Origin: Chloroflexi bacterium GWB2_54_36
GTDB lineage: Bacteria; Chloroflexota; Anaerolineae; Anaerolineales; Anaerolineaceae
Assembly (NCBI GenBank): GCA_001796355.1
Contig: MGMG01000081.1
Location: forward strand, 196 to 64,195
DNA length: 64,000 nt
Direction: 5' to 3'
Position 1 is the stretch's first letter; each line of letters starts with the position of its first letter. A program made the translations under genes and the position numbers. Below, in pieces: positions 46,425 through 56,002 of this stretch. The notes below the pieces were generated by a model. The model saw only the letters and a program-made list of their open reading frames with translations. It was not told where the DNA came from and did not search any database.

Positions 46425-46966
46425 GGTTCAATCCCTAATTGTGCCAGGTAAGTATCAAGTAAATCAGGAGTAAGCTGGCCAAGGTGAACAGCCCGAATCA
46501 CTCCCAGGGCGTCAATGAAATAGGTGGTAGGCAGGCCAATGATCTTCAACCGATCGGTGACCTTACTTTCCGTATCGAGCCAGACAGGGAATGTTATATC
46601 ATACTTGGCCACAAACGGCTGGATGACCTCTTCTGCCTCACCGGAATTGATGCCAATGACGGCAATTTTTGGATATTTTCCAGAGACCGCCTGAAGCAGC
46701 GGCATTTCGATCTCGCAAGGTTTACACCAGGTTGCCCAGAAGTTAATCACTGCAGGTTTACCAGCCAGGCTAACAGGCGAATGCGCTTCGCCAGTAAGAT
46801 CGTTCAGCAAAAATGCGGGCAAAGAACTACCGGCGTTGACGGCTGGTTGATTGGTACCCGTCAATTTCGCAGCGGTTGGAAACAAGAAAAACGACCCGCC
46901 AAGCGCCAAACTGATCAGCAACCCGGCTGCGCTAAACAGGATCCATTTGCCTTTCAAGTCCGGCAC
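46421..46966 (-). CDS. TlpA/ResA-family membrane-anchored thioredoxin
   Basis: INFWATWCKPC and GLPTTYFID. Confidence 0.92.
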   Translation of the reverse strand: MPDLKGKWILFSAAGLLISLALGGSFFLFPTAAKLTGTNQPAVNAGSSLPAFLLNDLTGEAHSPVSLAGKPAVINFWATWCKPCEIEMPLLQAVSGKYPKIAVIGINSGEAEEVIQPFVAKYDITFPVWLDTESKVTDRLKIIGLPTTYFIDALGVIRAVHLGQLTPDLLDTYLAQLGIEP

Positions 46967-46969
46967 CTT

Positions 46970-47689
46970 TTACAGGCCAAAATCGACAAAGAAGCCAAAT
47001 TGGCTAAGTGTATTGAACACGCCAAAGAACAACAGGACCCCTACGATAATCAAAATAACGCCCATGCCAATTTCAATGGTATGCATGACCTTGCTATATT
47101 TCTTAAGAACCGTTGTCACCCAGCCAATCCCCACGGCAGCAACCAGGAAGGGAATAGCCAGCCCGATTGAGTAGAACCCCAGCAATACAACGCCCCGTGA
47201 TACAGAGCCCCCGTTGATCGCCAGGGTCAGGATCATGCCCAGGATGGGACCAATGCACGGTGACCAGCCAGCCGAAAATGTGATTCCAAGGAGAGCGGAT
47301 GAAAAATAACCGCGGCGGCGGTCTATTTGAGTCCGCGGGCGCAAATCATATTCCAGAAATGGGATGCGCAGGAGGCCGGTCATGTGCAGCCCCAGGATGA
47401 CCACAATTAATCCGCCAATTTTTGACAGCCAGAAACGCATCTCATACAACAGGCCGCCCACTGCTGACATGGTCAAACCCAGGGTAAGAAAGATCAGGCT
47501 GAACCCGCCTACAAAAGCCAAACCGTGTAAAAACGTTTCGAGTTTGCTGGGGGTGCTTTCCACCTGGTTGGCTGCGATCGACCGGCCGCTCAGATAACCC
47601 ACATACGCCGGCACCAGCGAAAACACACACGGTGAAAGAAAAGATGCCAGCCCGGCCAGGAAAGCCAAACCGATGGTCAAATCTACCAT
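46970..47689 (-). CDS. ccdA: CcdA-family thiol-disulfide transporter
   Basis: SFLSPCVFSLVPAY and WSPCIGPILG. Confidence 0.93.
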   Translation of the reverse strand: MVDLTIGLAFLAGLASFLSPCVFSLVPAYVGYLSGRSIAANQVESTPSKLETFLHGLAFVGGFSLIFLTLGLTMSAVGGLLYEMRFWLSKIGGLIVVILGLHMTGLLRIPFLEYDLRPRTQIDRRRGYFSSALLGITFSAGWSPCIGPILGMILTLAINGGSVSRGVVLLGFYSIGLAIPFLVAAVGIGWVTTVLKKYSKVMHTIEIGMGVILIIVGVLLFFGVFNTLSQFGFFVDFGL

Positions 47690-47710
47690 TTGGACTCCAA
47701 TAATAAAGTT

Positions 47711-48823
47711 TTAAGCTTCCACAATATCAACCTGAGTTCCACCAGGCATTGCAATAGTCATATCACCCGGGTCGTAAGGGATTTCCGGCAGCGTCCAACG
47801 AAAAACATATTTGGCATCGTCCGGCGCGCAATTGACGCAGCCGTGAGAGCGCGGCGTGCCAAAGTCATTATGCCAGAAGGTCGAATGTACTGCTACGCCT
47901 TCGCCAGTAAACAAGGTGGTCCAGGCAACACCCGGCAGGTCATAGCCTGTTCCTGTTTGACCGCCAGACATGTGGGTGGATATCATTTTTCGCCAGATGC
48001 GATGGTTCGAACCAATGGGGGTACCCCATTCTTCCACAATTGCCCCTTCAGCGTTCCACTTTGCGCCCGACGAGATGCGGCAGGCATAAACTTCCGAATT
48101 GCCTTCATATAACGATAAAATTTGGCGGGTGGGCGTCACATCCACAACCACCTTTTTATTTTCGACTTCAGGCGAGATCGGTGAAATCTCTTCATCTGTC
48201 AGTGGACGAAAGGCTTCAGCCGCTGCCCAGAACAAATCTCCCGGACCGTAACGTTCGTTGATCCGGTACAAAACCTGCCCCTGTGAGCTGGTTCGAATGT
48301 CATCCACCCAGATCACCTGGCTGTAGTAAAGTCGCGGGACCAGGCCATAATCCAGTGCATATTGCAGCCAGGCTGAGGCGGCAGTATCTCTTTCCAGGAA
48401 AATTTGCGTTTGCGGGACGCTGACCTCAACCCACATCCCTTTGCCCAAACCAGTTTGCGGCATCTCGGTAACGGGAACATTCGGCTGATTGCGTACCGGT
48501 TGTACGCTGGGGGCATACACATAACCGTCCGGTGTCTCGACCCAGCGGCGGCTCTGACGGCCCATGGGCGCTTCGCCGACCACTTCCCGCAGCCAGACGA
48601 CGATAGCATCCTCGTACAGTACGCCAACCGACTCGGCATCGACCGACGGTCGGGAGCGGACATCGACTTTGCCAACACAGATGCGCCCAAGCTGTTCTGC
48701 GTTAGGAAATTCGTCCAACAATTGGCTCCAATTGTTCCAGGGACGCAGCACCAGCGCACCCAAACTTAACGCCCCTAATTTTAAGAAACCACGTCGAGAG
48801 TAAGAGGTGTCAATCCACTTCAT
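47711..48823 (-). CDS. Tat-exported L,D-transpeptidase (YkuD family)
   Basis: Twin-arginine SRRGFLK and active site AVHSTFWH...SHGCVN; start probably ATG 48823 (alternative 48859). Confidence 0.88.
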   Translation of the reverse strand: MKWIDTSYSRRGFLKLGALSLGALVLRPWNNWSQLLDEFPNAEQLGRICVGKVDVRSRPSVDAESVGVLYEDAIVVWLREVVGEAPMGRQSRRWVETPDGYVYAPSVQPVRNQPNVPVTEMPQTGLGKGMWVEVSVPQTQIFLERDTAASAWLQYALDYGLVPRLYYSQVIWVDDIRTSSQGQVLYRINERYGPGDLFWAAAEAFRPLTDEEISPISPEVENKKVVVDVTPTRQILSLYEGNSEVYACRISSGAKWNAEGAIVEEWGTPIGSNHRIWRKMISTHMSGGQTGTGYDLPGVAWTTLFTGEGVAVHSTFWHNDFGTPRSHGCVNCAPDDAKYVFRWTLPEIPYDPGDMTIAMPGGTQVDIVEA

Positions 48824-48880
48824 GCGGGTTAGGATAATATCAATAAAGGGTTTTGTCAATCAAGCCTGGATTAAGCCTGA

Positions 48881-50407
48881 TTAAGAGAATGCTTCTTTTT
48901 TAATCAAAGTTGCGACTGTCTCGATCTCCGGACCCCACAGTGCATCGCCAGCCTGGTAAGGAACTGCCGCCCGCAAGATGTCATACGCCTTGCCGGTGCC
49001 AACACCTAATTGCGCCTCTGGCTGCTGCTTCAAACGCAGGTCCAACGCGCGGGCAGCGGTATACAGTTCAATCGCCAATACATGCCGGGCGTTGTCCAAT
49101 ATCTGCCGGGCGTGCCGGGCAGCGGTCATGGCATTGGCGTTGTGATCTTCCTGCTCACCGGAGGTTGGCAGCGAGTGGACGCTGTCCGGATGGGCCAGAG
49201 TCTGGTTTTCGAGCACCAACGATGCAGCCGTGTACTGCGGCATCATCAACCCTGAATTCAAGCCGGCAGCTTGAAGGTGATCCACCAGCATGGGCGGTAG
49301 TCCAGTGTTCAAATTCCCATCCGTCATGCGGAAAATTCGCCGTTCTGATATGGCAGCCAGTTCTGAAAGCGCGATGCCAAGATAATCCATCACCAGGCCT
49401 ACAGGCTCGCCATGGAAATTGCCGCCAGAGAGAATATCCAACGGCGAAAAAAGCAGCGGGTTATCGGTGGCAGCATTGATTTCCCGCTCGATGATCTGGG
49501 CACAGAATTCGATCGTATCCAGCACCGCTCCCTGCACCTGAGGCGCGCAGCGCAGCGAGTAGGCATCCTGCACCCGCCCTGCGCCATCCATCAAAGTGGA
49601 GCCGCGAGTGTGATCTTTTATCGCTTTGGCCACGCGTAACTGGCCCGCCTGTTCACGAACTGTATGCAGACGCAGGTCAAAGGCTGCGCTGGTACCCATC
49701 AAAGCTTCGAGAGTCATGCTGAGCGCCAGTTCCGCCACATGCGCCAGGTTGCGAGCATCATAAACGGCTAAAGCGCCAATGGCGGCTGAAAATGTCGCGC
49801 CGTTGTTGAGCGCCAAACCCTCTTTAGGGCCAAGCACCAGCCGCTGCAAATTTGCCTTTGCCATGGCATCCTTGCCGCGCAAAGTATTCCCCTGGTAGGT
49901 TGCCCAGCCCGAATCCTCTACACGATCCAACGCATCGGTCGTCATGACCAGTGCCAGATGGGAAAGCGGACCTAGATCGCCGGATGATCCCAATGAACCC
50001 TGAGACGGAACTACGGGTGTGACGCCAGCCATGAGCATATCTAACAGGGTCTGCACGATCTCTGTGCGGACGCCAGAATAGCCTTTGGCCAGGGTATTGG
50101 CGCGCACCAGCATTGCACCGCGCACAATTTCATCGTCCAGAGCGGGTCCGGTGCCGACAGCATGGCTCAAGATCAAATTGCGACTGAGCTGGTTGCTGTC
50201 CTTTAATGTTATGTGTCGGTCTGCGAAAATGCCAAAGCCGGTGTTGATGCCATAAACCGGCAGATCGGTGGCCAGGACGTTTTCCAGCCATCCGCGCGCG
50301 CGTTCGATATTAGTCAGGCCTTCCGGTGAGATTTCAACCGGTTCATTTTTCCGGGCGACCGTGACGACGTCTTCAATACATAGGTTGTGACCATGAATCG
50401 AGATCAT
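48881..50407 (-). CDS. hutH: Histidine ammonia-lyase (MIO enzyme)
   Basis: YGINTGFG, NLILSHA (HAL-type Ser-His), GSLGSSGDL, QDAYSLRC, NFHGEP and QEDHN. Confidence 0.88.
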   Translation of the reverse strand: MISIHGHNLCIEDVVTVARKNEPVEISPEGLTNIERARGWLENVLATDLPVYGINTGFGIFADRHITLKDSNQLSRNLILSHAVGTGPALDDEIVRGAMLVRANTLAKGYSGVRTEIVQTLLDMLMAGVTPVVPSQGSLGSSGDLGPLSHLALVMTTDALDRVEDSGWATYQGNTLRGKDAMAKANLQRLVLGPKEGLALNNGATFSAAIGALAVYDARNLAHVAELALSMTLEALMGTSAAFDLRLHTVREQAGQLRVAKAIKDHTRGSTLMDGAGRVQDAYSLRCAPQVQGAVLDTIEFCAQIIEREINAATDNPLLFSPLDILSGGNFHGEPVGLVMDYLGIALSELAAISERRIFRMTDGNLNTGLPPMLVDHLQAAGLNSGLMMPQYTAASLVLENQTLAHPDSVHSLPTSGEQEDHNANAMTAARHARQILDNARHVLAIELYTAARALDLRLKQQPEAQLGVGTGKAYDILRAAVPYQAGDALWGPEIETVATLIKKEAFS

Positions 50408-50418
50408 CCAATACCTCT

Positions 50419-51126
50419 CTAAAATAACAGTAAACCCAACGCAACTGCAACCAAGGGGACGGTCAAATTGTCCAAATCGCGCACTGGTAAGGATTCAACC
50501 GCCGCGCAGACAACGGAAATCAGCAGCAGCCTGGGGACAAGTTCGCCCTGGGTGAGGTCAAAAACGCCAAATTGGATAAAAACCGTCAACACAAGTAAGG
50601 AAAAAACAAAACCTCCCACCAACACCGCCAAAGAACCCGCCCAGGTCTTGCGCGGAGACCATGGCAGCGCCCGCGAAGCGATGCGTTTGCCGATCACATC
50701 GCCGAAGCCATCGCCGCCGCATAACACCATTAATGCAATAATACCTACTGGACTATCTAGCCAGAAGGTCACAGTCAATACGACAAAGACGATACCGTAA
50801 TACAGCGGGCCGCGTAAAAGTTCGCGCCGGTCGCCGGTGCGAGCCATTGCATCCACTGCCGCCTTGTCTTTAATAATCCCGACACCAACCATAAAGAATT
50901 GGAGGGTAATCCCTAGTGGGACGATTGCCGCTACAAAGCGCGCTGACGGCGCCGAGGTAAACAGTAGCCAACACAGAACAAAAATAGGACCGGTGCCAAT
51001 GTGAATAATTTTTCGGCTCAGGGCTGAGCTGATAATCCCACGGTGCGCCAGGAAATCATTCAACCGCAGCCATACCAATGCGGCAACCAGGGTGATCACA
51101 AGAGCAAGCAGGTCACTACCAAGCAT
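50419..51126 (-). CDS. CTP-dependent isoprenoid-alcohol kinase family membrane protein (SEC59/VTE5-like)
   Basis: SRKIIHIGTG, GPLYY, GDGFGDVIG, KTWAGS and DNLTVP. Confidence 0.82.
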   Translation of the reverse strand: MLGSDLLALVITLVAALVWLRLNDFLAHRGIISSALSRKIIHIGTGPIFVLCWLLFTSAPSARFVAAIVPLGITLQFFMVGVGIIKDKAAVDAMARTGDRRELLRGPLYYGIVFVVLTVTFWLDSPVGIIALMVLCGGDGFGDVIGKRIASRALPWSPRKTWAGSLAVLVGGFVFSLLVLTVFIQFGVFDLTQGELVPRLLLISVVCAAVESLPVRDLDNLTVPLVAVALGLLLF

Positions 51127-51155
51127 ATTCTTATTCCAATCTGAATAAAATAATT

Positions 51156-51608
51156 TCAGGAACGCTCTTTTTGTTCGCGTTCCAGCTCCCGTTCCTGGTC
51201 CCGGCGGGCGATATCCTGGCGCTTGTCATACAGTTTTTTGCCTTTGGCCAGTGAAATTTCGACCTTTGCGCGGCCTTCTTTCAGATATACCTGCACCGGA
51301 ACGATGGTCATACCCTTCTGCCTAACCGCGTCCCACATTTCGCGAATTTCGCGCTTGTGAAGCAGCAACCGGCGCGGGCGTTTTGGATCATGGTTGAACC
51401 GGTTAGCCTGCTCGTAAGGCGCAATGTGCGCATTCATTAGCCAGGCTTCGGCGCCGTCGGTCTGAACAAATGCCTCAGCCAGACTGATCTGGCCGGCGCG
51501 CACCGATTTGATCTCGCTGCCAAATAATGAAATTCCTGCCTCATAATGTTCCAGCAGGAAGAATTCAAAACGCGCTTTACGATTGGTTGCAACGACCTTG
51601 ACGTTCAT
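51156..51608 (-). CDS. smpB: SsrA-binding protein
   Basis: NRKARFEF, EAGISLFGSEIKS, LLLHKREI and GKKLYDKR. Confidence 0.97.
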   Translation of the reverse strand: MNVKVVATNRKARFEFFLLEHYEAGISLFGSEIKSVRAGQISLAEAFVQTDGAEAWLMNAHIAPYEQANRFNHDPKRPRRLLLHKREIREMWDAVRQKGMTIVPVQVYLKEGRAKVEISLAKGKKLYDKRQDIARRDQERELEREQKERS

Positions 51609-51627
51609 AGGGAACATTTTAACATAA

Positions 51628-52944
51628 CTACTTCTCGCGAGCTATGATAATGCCTGTAATTAATCGGACTGCCGCAAATATGGTCAGGGCCAGCCGAATG
51701 CCAGCCCAATTGGAAACCAGCGGTCCGATCAAGGCGCCAAGCAGCATCCCGGCATTGGCAAACAGCGTGAACCAGGCCAGATAAGGGGCGGGCTGATTTG
51801 GGGCAGCTTTTTCAAGCCCGTAGTTATACATCGCTCCGCTGGCCAGCGCCCAACCGGTGCCGCCAAAAATGTTAGCTGCCAGGTACAACCATTCATCCTG
51901 AGCAACCGCCAGAAAGATTGGAAAAATCGCCAGCGAGATCAAGCCTATTCCGGTGGTGCGTCGATATCCAAACCGGCCGGCGATTTGGGGCATGCGCGTG
52001 GAAGCCATAAACATAAACAGGTAAAACAACGCATTGCCGATGCTGATGGTTTGATCCGACAAATGTAGGATTTTGACGGAAAGGATGGGAAACAGCGGCA
52101 GGGGTAAGTATTGCGTCAGGTGGAAGGCAAATATAAGCAGGAGTACCTTGTTGTATGGACTCTTTACGATATCAAACCGCAGCTGGGCCTGATAGTCCCG
52201 TGCGGTCAGGCTGGCTTGCTGTTTGCGACCTTCAGGCAATGAAGCGTTATAGAGCATTCCATCCGAGCTGCCACCTGCGGCGTGCGCAGGTTCGCTCGCT
52301 TGAACGGCTGGCAGCGGAAGCGGGCGCACGAAGTACAGCGAAGCCACACTCAAGGCAGCCCCGACGAAACCGATCGCAAATACAATCTGGTAACCGCCAG
52401 GAAATGGGGTGGATTTCAGAATGAAGCCACTAACCAGCGCGGTCAGAATGCAGACAACGGCAAAAATAGCATTACGCGTCCCGGCGACATACGCTCGCCA
52501 TTCCTCGGGAACCGCTTCTCCAAAAAGGACAGTAAACCCAACCTGCACCCCGGCGCCTGGGATGCTCATCAAAAACGCCATAATGATGATCAACCAGATC
52601 TGGAGGGGTGCGGTTAATATTGCTGGTAACAGAATAAGCGGCAGGTAATAAATCCGCATCAAGGCGGCGTTGATCAATACCACCCGACGAGTAGACTTGC
52701 CATACATCCACGCGCCGAAGGAAAGCGAAAAAAACAAGCTGACAAAGGCGGGGGCTGCGTTGATCAGCCCGATTTGCTCCGTGCCCGCACCCAGGCGGGC
52801 AACATAGATAGACAGGAAAGCGATCGTGCTGCCGGAAAGCACGCCAAACCAGCCGATATCGCTGAAGAGCAGCCAAAAATTCCGGCGATATTCTGGCGGT
52901 ACCAACCGCATGGGCGAAAGGATTCTGGCAAACAATGGAGTCAT
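51628..52944 (-). CDS. MFS transporter
   Basis: About 12 hydrophobic segments in two halves; AGRFGYRR loop motif. Confidence 0.85.
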   Translation of the reverse strand: MTPLFARILSPMRLVPPEYRRNFWLLFSDIGWFGVLSGSTIAFLSIYVARLGAGTEQIGLINAAPAFVSLFFSLSFGAWMYGKSTRRVVLINAALMRIYYLPLILLPAILTAPLQIWLIIIMAFLMSIPGAGVQVGFTVLFGEAVPEEWRAYVAGTRNAIFAVVCILTALVSGFILKSTPFPGGYQIVFAIGFVGAALSVASLYFVRPLPLPAVQASEPAHAAGGSSDGMLYNASLPEGRKQQASLTARDYQAQLRFDIVKSPYNKVLLLIFAFHLTQYLPLPLFPILSVKILHLSDQTISIGNALFYLFMFMASTRMPQIAGRFGYRRTTGIGLISLAIFPIFLAVAQDEWLYLAANIFGGTGWALASGAMYNYGLEKAAPNQPAPYLAWFTLFANAGMLLGALIGPLVSNWAGIRLALTIFAAVRLITGIIIAREK

Positions 52945-52996
52945 CTAGCGGGATGCAATGTTACAATCTAGCCCGTGAAAGGCGCAAGGCTGAACC

Positions 52997-54139
52997 ATGA
53001 AAGAACTCTTCCTGCTCGATCCCGACATTACCTTTCTTAATCACGGCTCGTTTGGGGCCACCCCCCGGCCGGTATTCGAGAGTTACCAACGCTGGCAGCG
53101 TGAGTTGGAACGCCAACCGGTGGAATTTTTAGGAAGGCGGAGTGACGAACTCCTCAATTTCGCCCGGGCCAGGTTAGCCGCCTACCTGGGTACAAGCCGC
53201 GACAATTTGGTGTTCGTAACCAATGCCACCCTGGGAGTCAACATAATGGCTCGCAGCCTCGCCCTCGGTTCGGGCGACGAAGTCCTTGCCAGCAACCATG
53301 AATATGGAGCGCTAGACCGCACCTGGGGATTTCTCTCGCAACAATCCGGCTTCAAGTATATCAATCACCGGGTATCCCTGCCAGTCAAATCCGTTGACCA
53401 GTGGGTCGACGAATTTTGGGATGCAGTTACCCCTCATACTCGCGCGATTTTCTTAAGTCACATCACCTCGCCCACCGCTATGATCTTCCCGGTGGAAGAA
53501 ATTTGCCGCCGCGCCCGTCAGCACGGCATACTGACTGTGATCGATGGCGCACATGCCCCCGGGCAGTTAGATCTGGCGCTCGACACGCTTGGCGCAGATT
53601 TCTACACTGGCAACTTGCACAAATGGCTATGCGCACCAAAAGGCGCGGCTTTTCTTTATGCCCGGCCTGAGGTTCAGCACTTGGTTCAACCACTGATTGT
53701 ATCCTGGGGTTGGCAGAGTGATACACCCGGCTCATCCCCTTTCGTCGACTGGCAGCAGTGGACCGGAACGCGTGACATTTCAGCTTTTCTGGCTGTCCCG
53801 GATGCCATCGACTTCCAGGCGGCACGCAATTGGCCAGTTGTGCGCGAAAGTTGCCATAAGCTGGCATCCGAGCTGCGGCAGCGCGTCACCGCCCTTACCG
53901 GCCTTGAAGCGCTCTACCCCGATTCACCGCAATGGTATCGCCAAATGGGAACCGTTCCGCTGCCATCCTACGTAGATATTAATAACCTCAAGATAAAATT
54001 GTATGATGAATACAAGATCGAGGTACCGCTCATTGATTGGGACGGCTACAAATTAATCCGCTTCTCACTGCAGGCCTATAACAGCGCGGAGGATGTTTTT
54101 GCGCTGGAACAGGCATTAAAAACTTTATTACCTGGTTAG
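52997..54139 (+). CDS. Class V PLP enzyme (isopenicillin N epimerase / cysteine desulfhydrase-like)
   Basis: FLNHGSFGA, SHITSPT, DGAHAPG and GNLHKW. Confidence 0.88.
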   Translation: MKELFLLDPDITFLNHGSFGATPRPVFESYQRWQRELERQPVEFLGRRSDELLNFARARLAAYLGTSRDNLVFVTNATLGVNIMARSLALGSGDEVLASNHEYGALDRTWGFLSQQSGFKYINHRVSLPVKSVDQWVDEFWDAVTPHTRAIFLSHITSPTAMIFPVEEICRRARQHGILTVIDGAHAPGQLDLALDTLGADFYTGNLHKWLCAPKGAAFLYARPEVQHLVQPLIVSWGWQSDTPGSSPFVDWQQWTGTRDISAFLAVPDAIDFQAARNWPVVRESCHKLASELRQRVTALTGLEALYPDSPQWYRQMGTVPLPSYVDINNLKIKLYDEYKIEVPLIDWDGYKLIRFSLQAYNSAEDVFALEQALKTLLPG

Positions 54140-54177
54140 AATAATTTCACCGTGTCATCATCTATGGAGGGTACATC

Positions 54178-55089
54178 ATGGAAGAAATAGCCCTTGCACT
54201 CGGCGGCGGTGGCATCAAAGGGGTTGCCCATCTGGGAGTCATTTTCTGCCTTCAGAAGGCGGGTTACAAAATTAAAGCGATTGCCGGGACCAGCGCGGGT
54301 GGCGTTGTGGGCGCTGTAATCGCATCTGGTGCCAAGGAAGCGGAAATTCTGGCTGCACTTACAGAATTGAGCGGGCATAACTTCTTCTCTCATCGCAACC
54401 AGGACGGGCCCTCTCTTTTAGGTCTGTCCGGGCTGGTGAAGCTGCTTTCCCCTTTTCTAAAAGACAAAACCTTTGCGGACTTGAAAATCCCATTTGCGGC
54501 CACTGCTGTTGATATTATCACCAAGCAGGAGTTCATCTTAAACAGAGGCCCGGTGATCGATGCAGTCGTGGCAACATCCAGCATACCGGGCGTTTTTCCG
54601 CCGGTTAAAATGGGCAAGGCCGAGCTGATTGACGGCGGTGTTTTAGATCCGGTACCTGTGGCAGTGGCGCGCTGGCTGGCGCCAAAACTGCCCATCGTGG
54701 CAGTCTGTTTGAGCCCGGTACCGGCGCAATGGCGGGAAATTCCTGAAATCAGCCTGCCGCTGGACACAAGAATCCCCAAGCCCATCCTCAGCCGCATCGT
54801 AAACATGCGCATTAGCCAGGCGATCCGCGTTTTTGCCGATTCAATGGATATCACCAGCCGGATGATTACCGAACTGAGGCTTCAGATCGAAAAACCGGAT
54901 GTGATTATTCGTCCGGATGTGTTGAAATTTGGCTATTTGGACCCAGGCGACCCGCACGAGTTGATCCAGGTTGGCGTAAAAGCAGTGGAACAACACCTTC
55001 CGGAGATTCAGCATTCGTTAACCTGGCGGCATAAACTGGGGAGGCAGTTTCAGAACCCGCAGCCGCCAAGCAAGGTGTTCGAAGACTAG
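54178..55089 (+). CDS. Patatin-like phospholipase
   Basis: GGGGIKG, GTSAG and DGG. Confidence 0.93.
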   Translation: MEEIALALGGGGIKGVAHLGVIFCLQKAGYKIKAIAGTSAGGVVGAVIASGAKEAEILAALTELSGHNFFSHRNQDGPSLLGLSGLVKLLSPFLKDKTFADLKIPFAATAVDIITKQEFILNRGPVIDAVVATSSIPGVFPPVKMGKAELIDGGVLDPVPVAVARWLAPKLPIVAVCLSPVPAQWREIPEISLPLDTRIPKPILSRIVNMRISQAIRVFADSMDITSRMITELRLQIEKPDVIIRPDVLKFGYLDPGDPHELIQVGVKAVEQHLPEIQHSLTWRHKLGRQFQNPQPPSKVFED

Positions 55090-55106
55090 AAAACCGACCT
55101 CCGGAA

Positions 55107-55331
55107 ATGTCTGACTTGCGCCGTTACTCCCGCCAGACCATGCGCCGGTTAATCACCGGTGGATTGGTGCTGCTGATTGCCGTTGGCGGGATTTTGATTT
55201 ATTGGATTTACGGCGCCGGGGCAGCTTTTTTCGGCATTTTATGTATACTGATTGGGCTTGTCCCCGTTGGTTTGATTATCTTAATTTTAGGAATCATGGA
55301 GTGGATTTTTGAACGCAACCGAGAGCAATGA
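55107..55331 (+). CDS. Small two-TM hypothetical protein
   Basis: 74 aa, two hydrophobic helices, co-oriented between the patatin and esterase genes. Confidence 0.65.
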   Translation: MSDLRRYSRQTMRRLITGGLVLLIAVGGILIYWIYGAGAAFFGILCILIGLVPVGLIILILGIMEWIFERNREQ

Positions 55332-55977
55332 TGCCCTGATCCTGCTGCTTAACGATTGGATTGTACGGGTTCGCCCCCCGCTGACCCAGGGCAATGACAG
55401 AGTATTTCTGATGCTACACGGCCTTACCGGCGACGAAAATTCGATGACGGTTTTCACCCGCAATCTACCTCGCGACGCATGGATTTTTTCACCGCGGGCG
55501 CCAAATCCAGCGGATGAGAGTGGATTCAAATGGATCACTTCTAAAAACGGTATGAGTGCATCGTTTGCCGAATTTCAGCAGGCAACCTTCCATCTGCATG
55601 AGGCTTTTGGTGGTTGGATAAAATCATTCCACATTCATGCGCAATCCGTCGATGTGATTGGATTTAGCCAGGGCGCGGTGATATCTGCCGCCTACGCGCT
55701 GTTGTATCCGTGGCAAGTTAACCGGGCGGCTTTTCTTTCCGGTTTTTTGCCTGCCGACACGCCGGATTTTATACCTCCGGGTCAATTAATAGGCAAGCAG
55801 GTATTTGTTGCCCACGGCAATCAGGATAAGACCGTTTCCATCACCAAAGCGCAGCAATCTGCTGCCTGGTTGGAGCAATGGGGCGCCGAGGTCATCTTCT
55901 GTGAAGCGCCAGTTGGCCACCGGTTAAGCGCGAACTGCTTTAAAGGGTTTGCAGATTTCTTCAAAAACCCGGTATAG
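55309..55977 (+). CDS. Alpha/beta hydrolase (phospholipase/carboxylesterase)
   Basis: LHGLTG, GFSQG, HGNQD and VGH; start uncertain (TTG). Confidence 0.85.
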   Translation: MNATESNDALILLLNDWIVRVRPPLTQGNDRVFLMLHGLTGDENSMTVFTRNLPRDAWIFSPRAPNPADESGFKWITSKNGMSASFAEFQQATFHLHEAFGGWIKSFHIHAQSVDVIGFSQGAVISAAYALLYPWQVNRAAFLSGFLPADTPDFIPPGQLIGKQVFVAHGNQDKTVSITKAQQSAAWLEQWGAEVIFCEAPVGHRLSANCFKGFADFFKNPV

Positions 55978-56002
55978 TTCTCACTCCCCATGGGTTTATG
56001 GT

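Noticed and set aside
51100-51700. tmRNA (ssrA) next to smpB
   Set aside because: There is no intergenic space or tRNA-Ala-like end around smpB; ssrA must lie elsewhere.
48881-54139. hutH-like lyase plus class V PLP enzyme as an ergothioneine or histidine-betaine pathway
   Set aside because: The genes are separated by smpB and an MFS gene and lie on opposite strands, and no other pathway genes are present.
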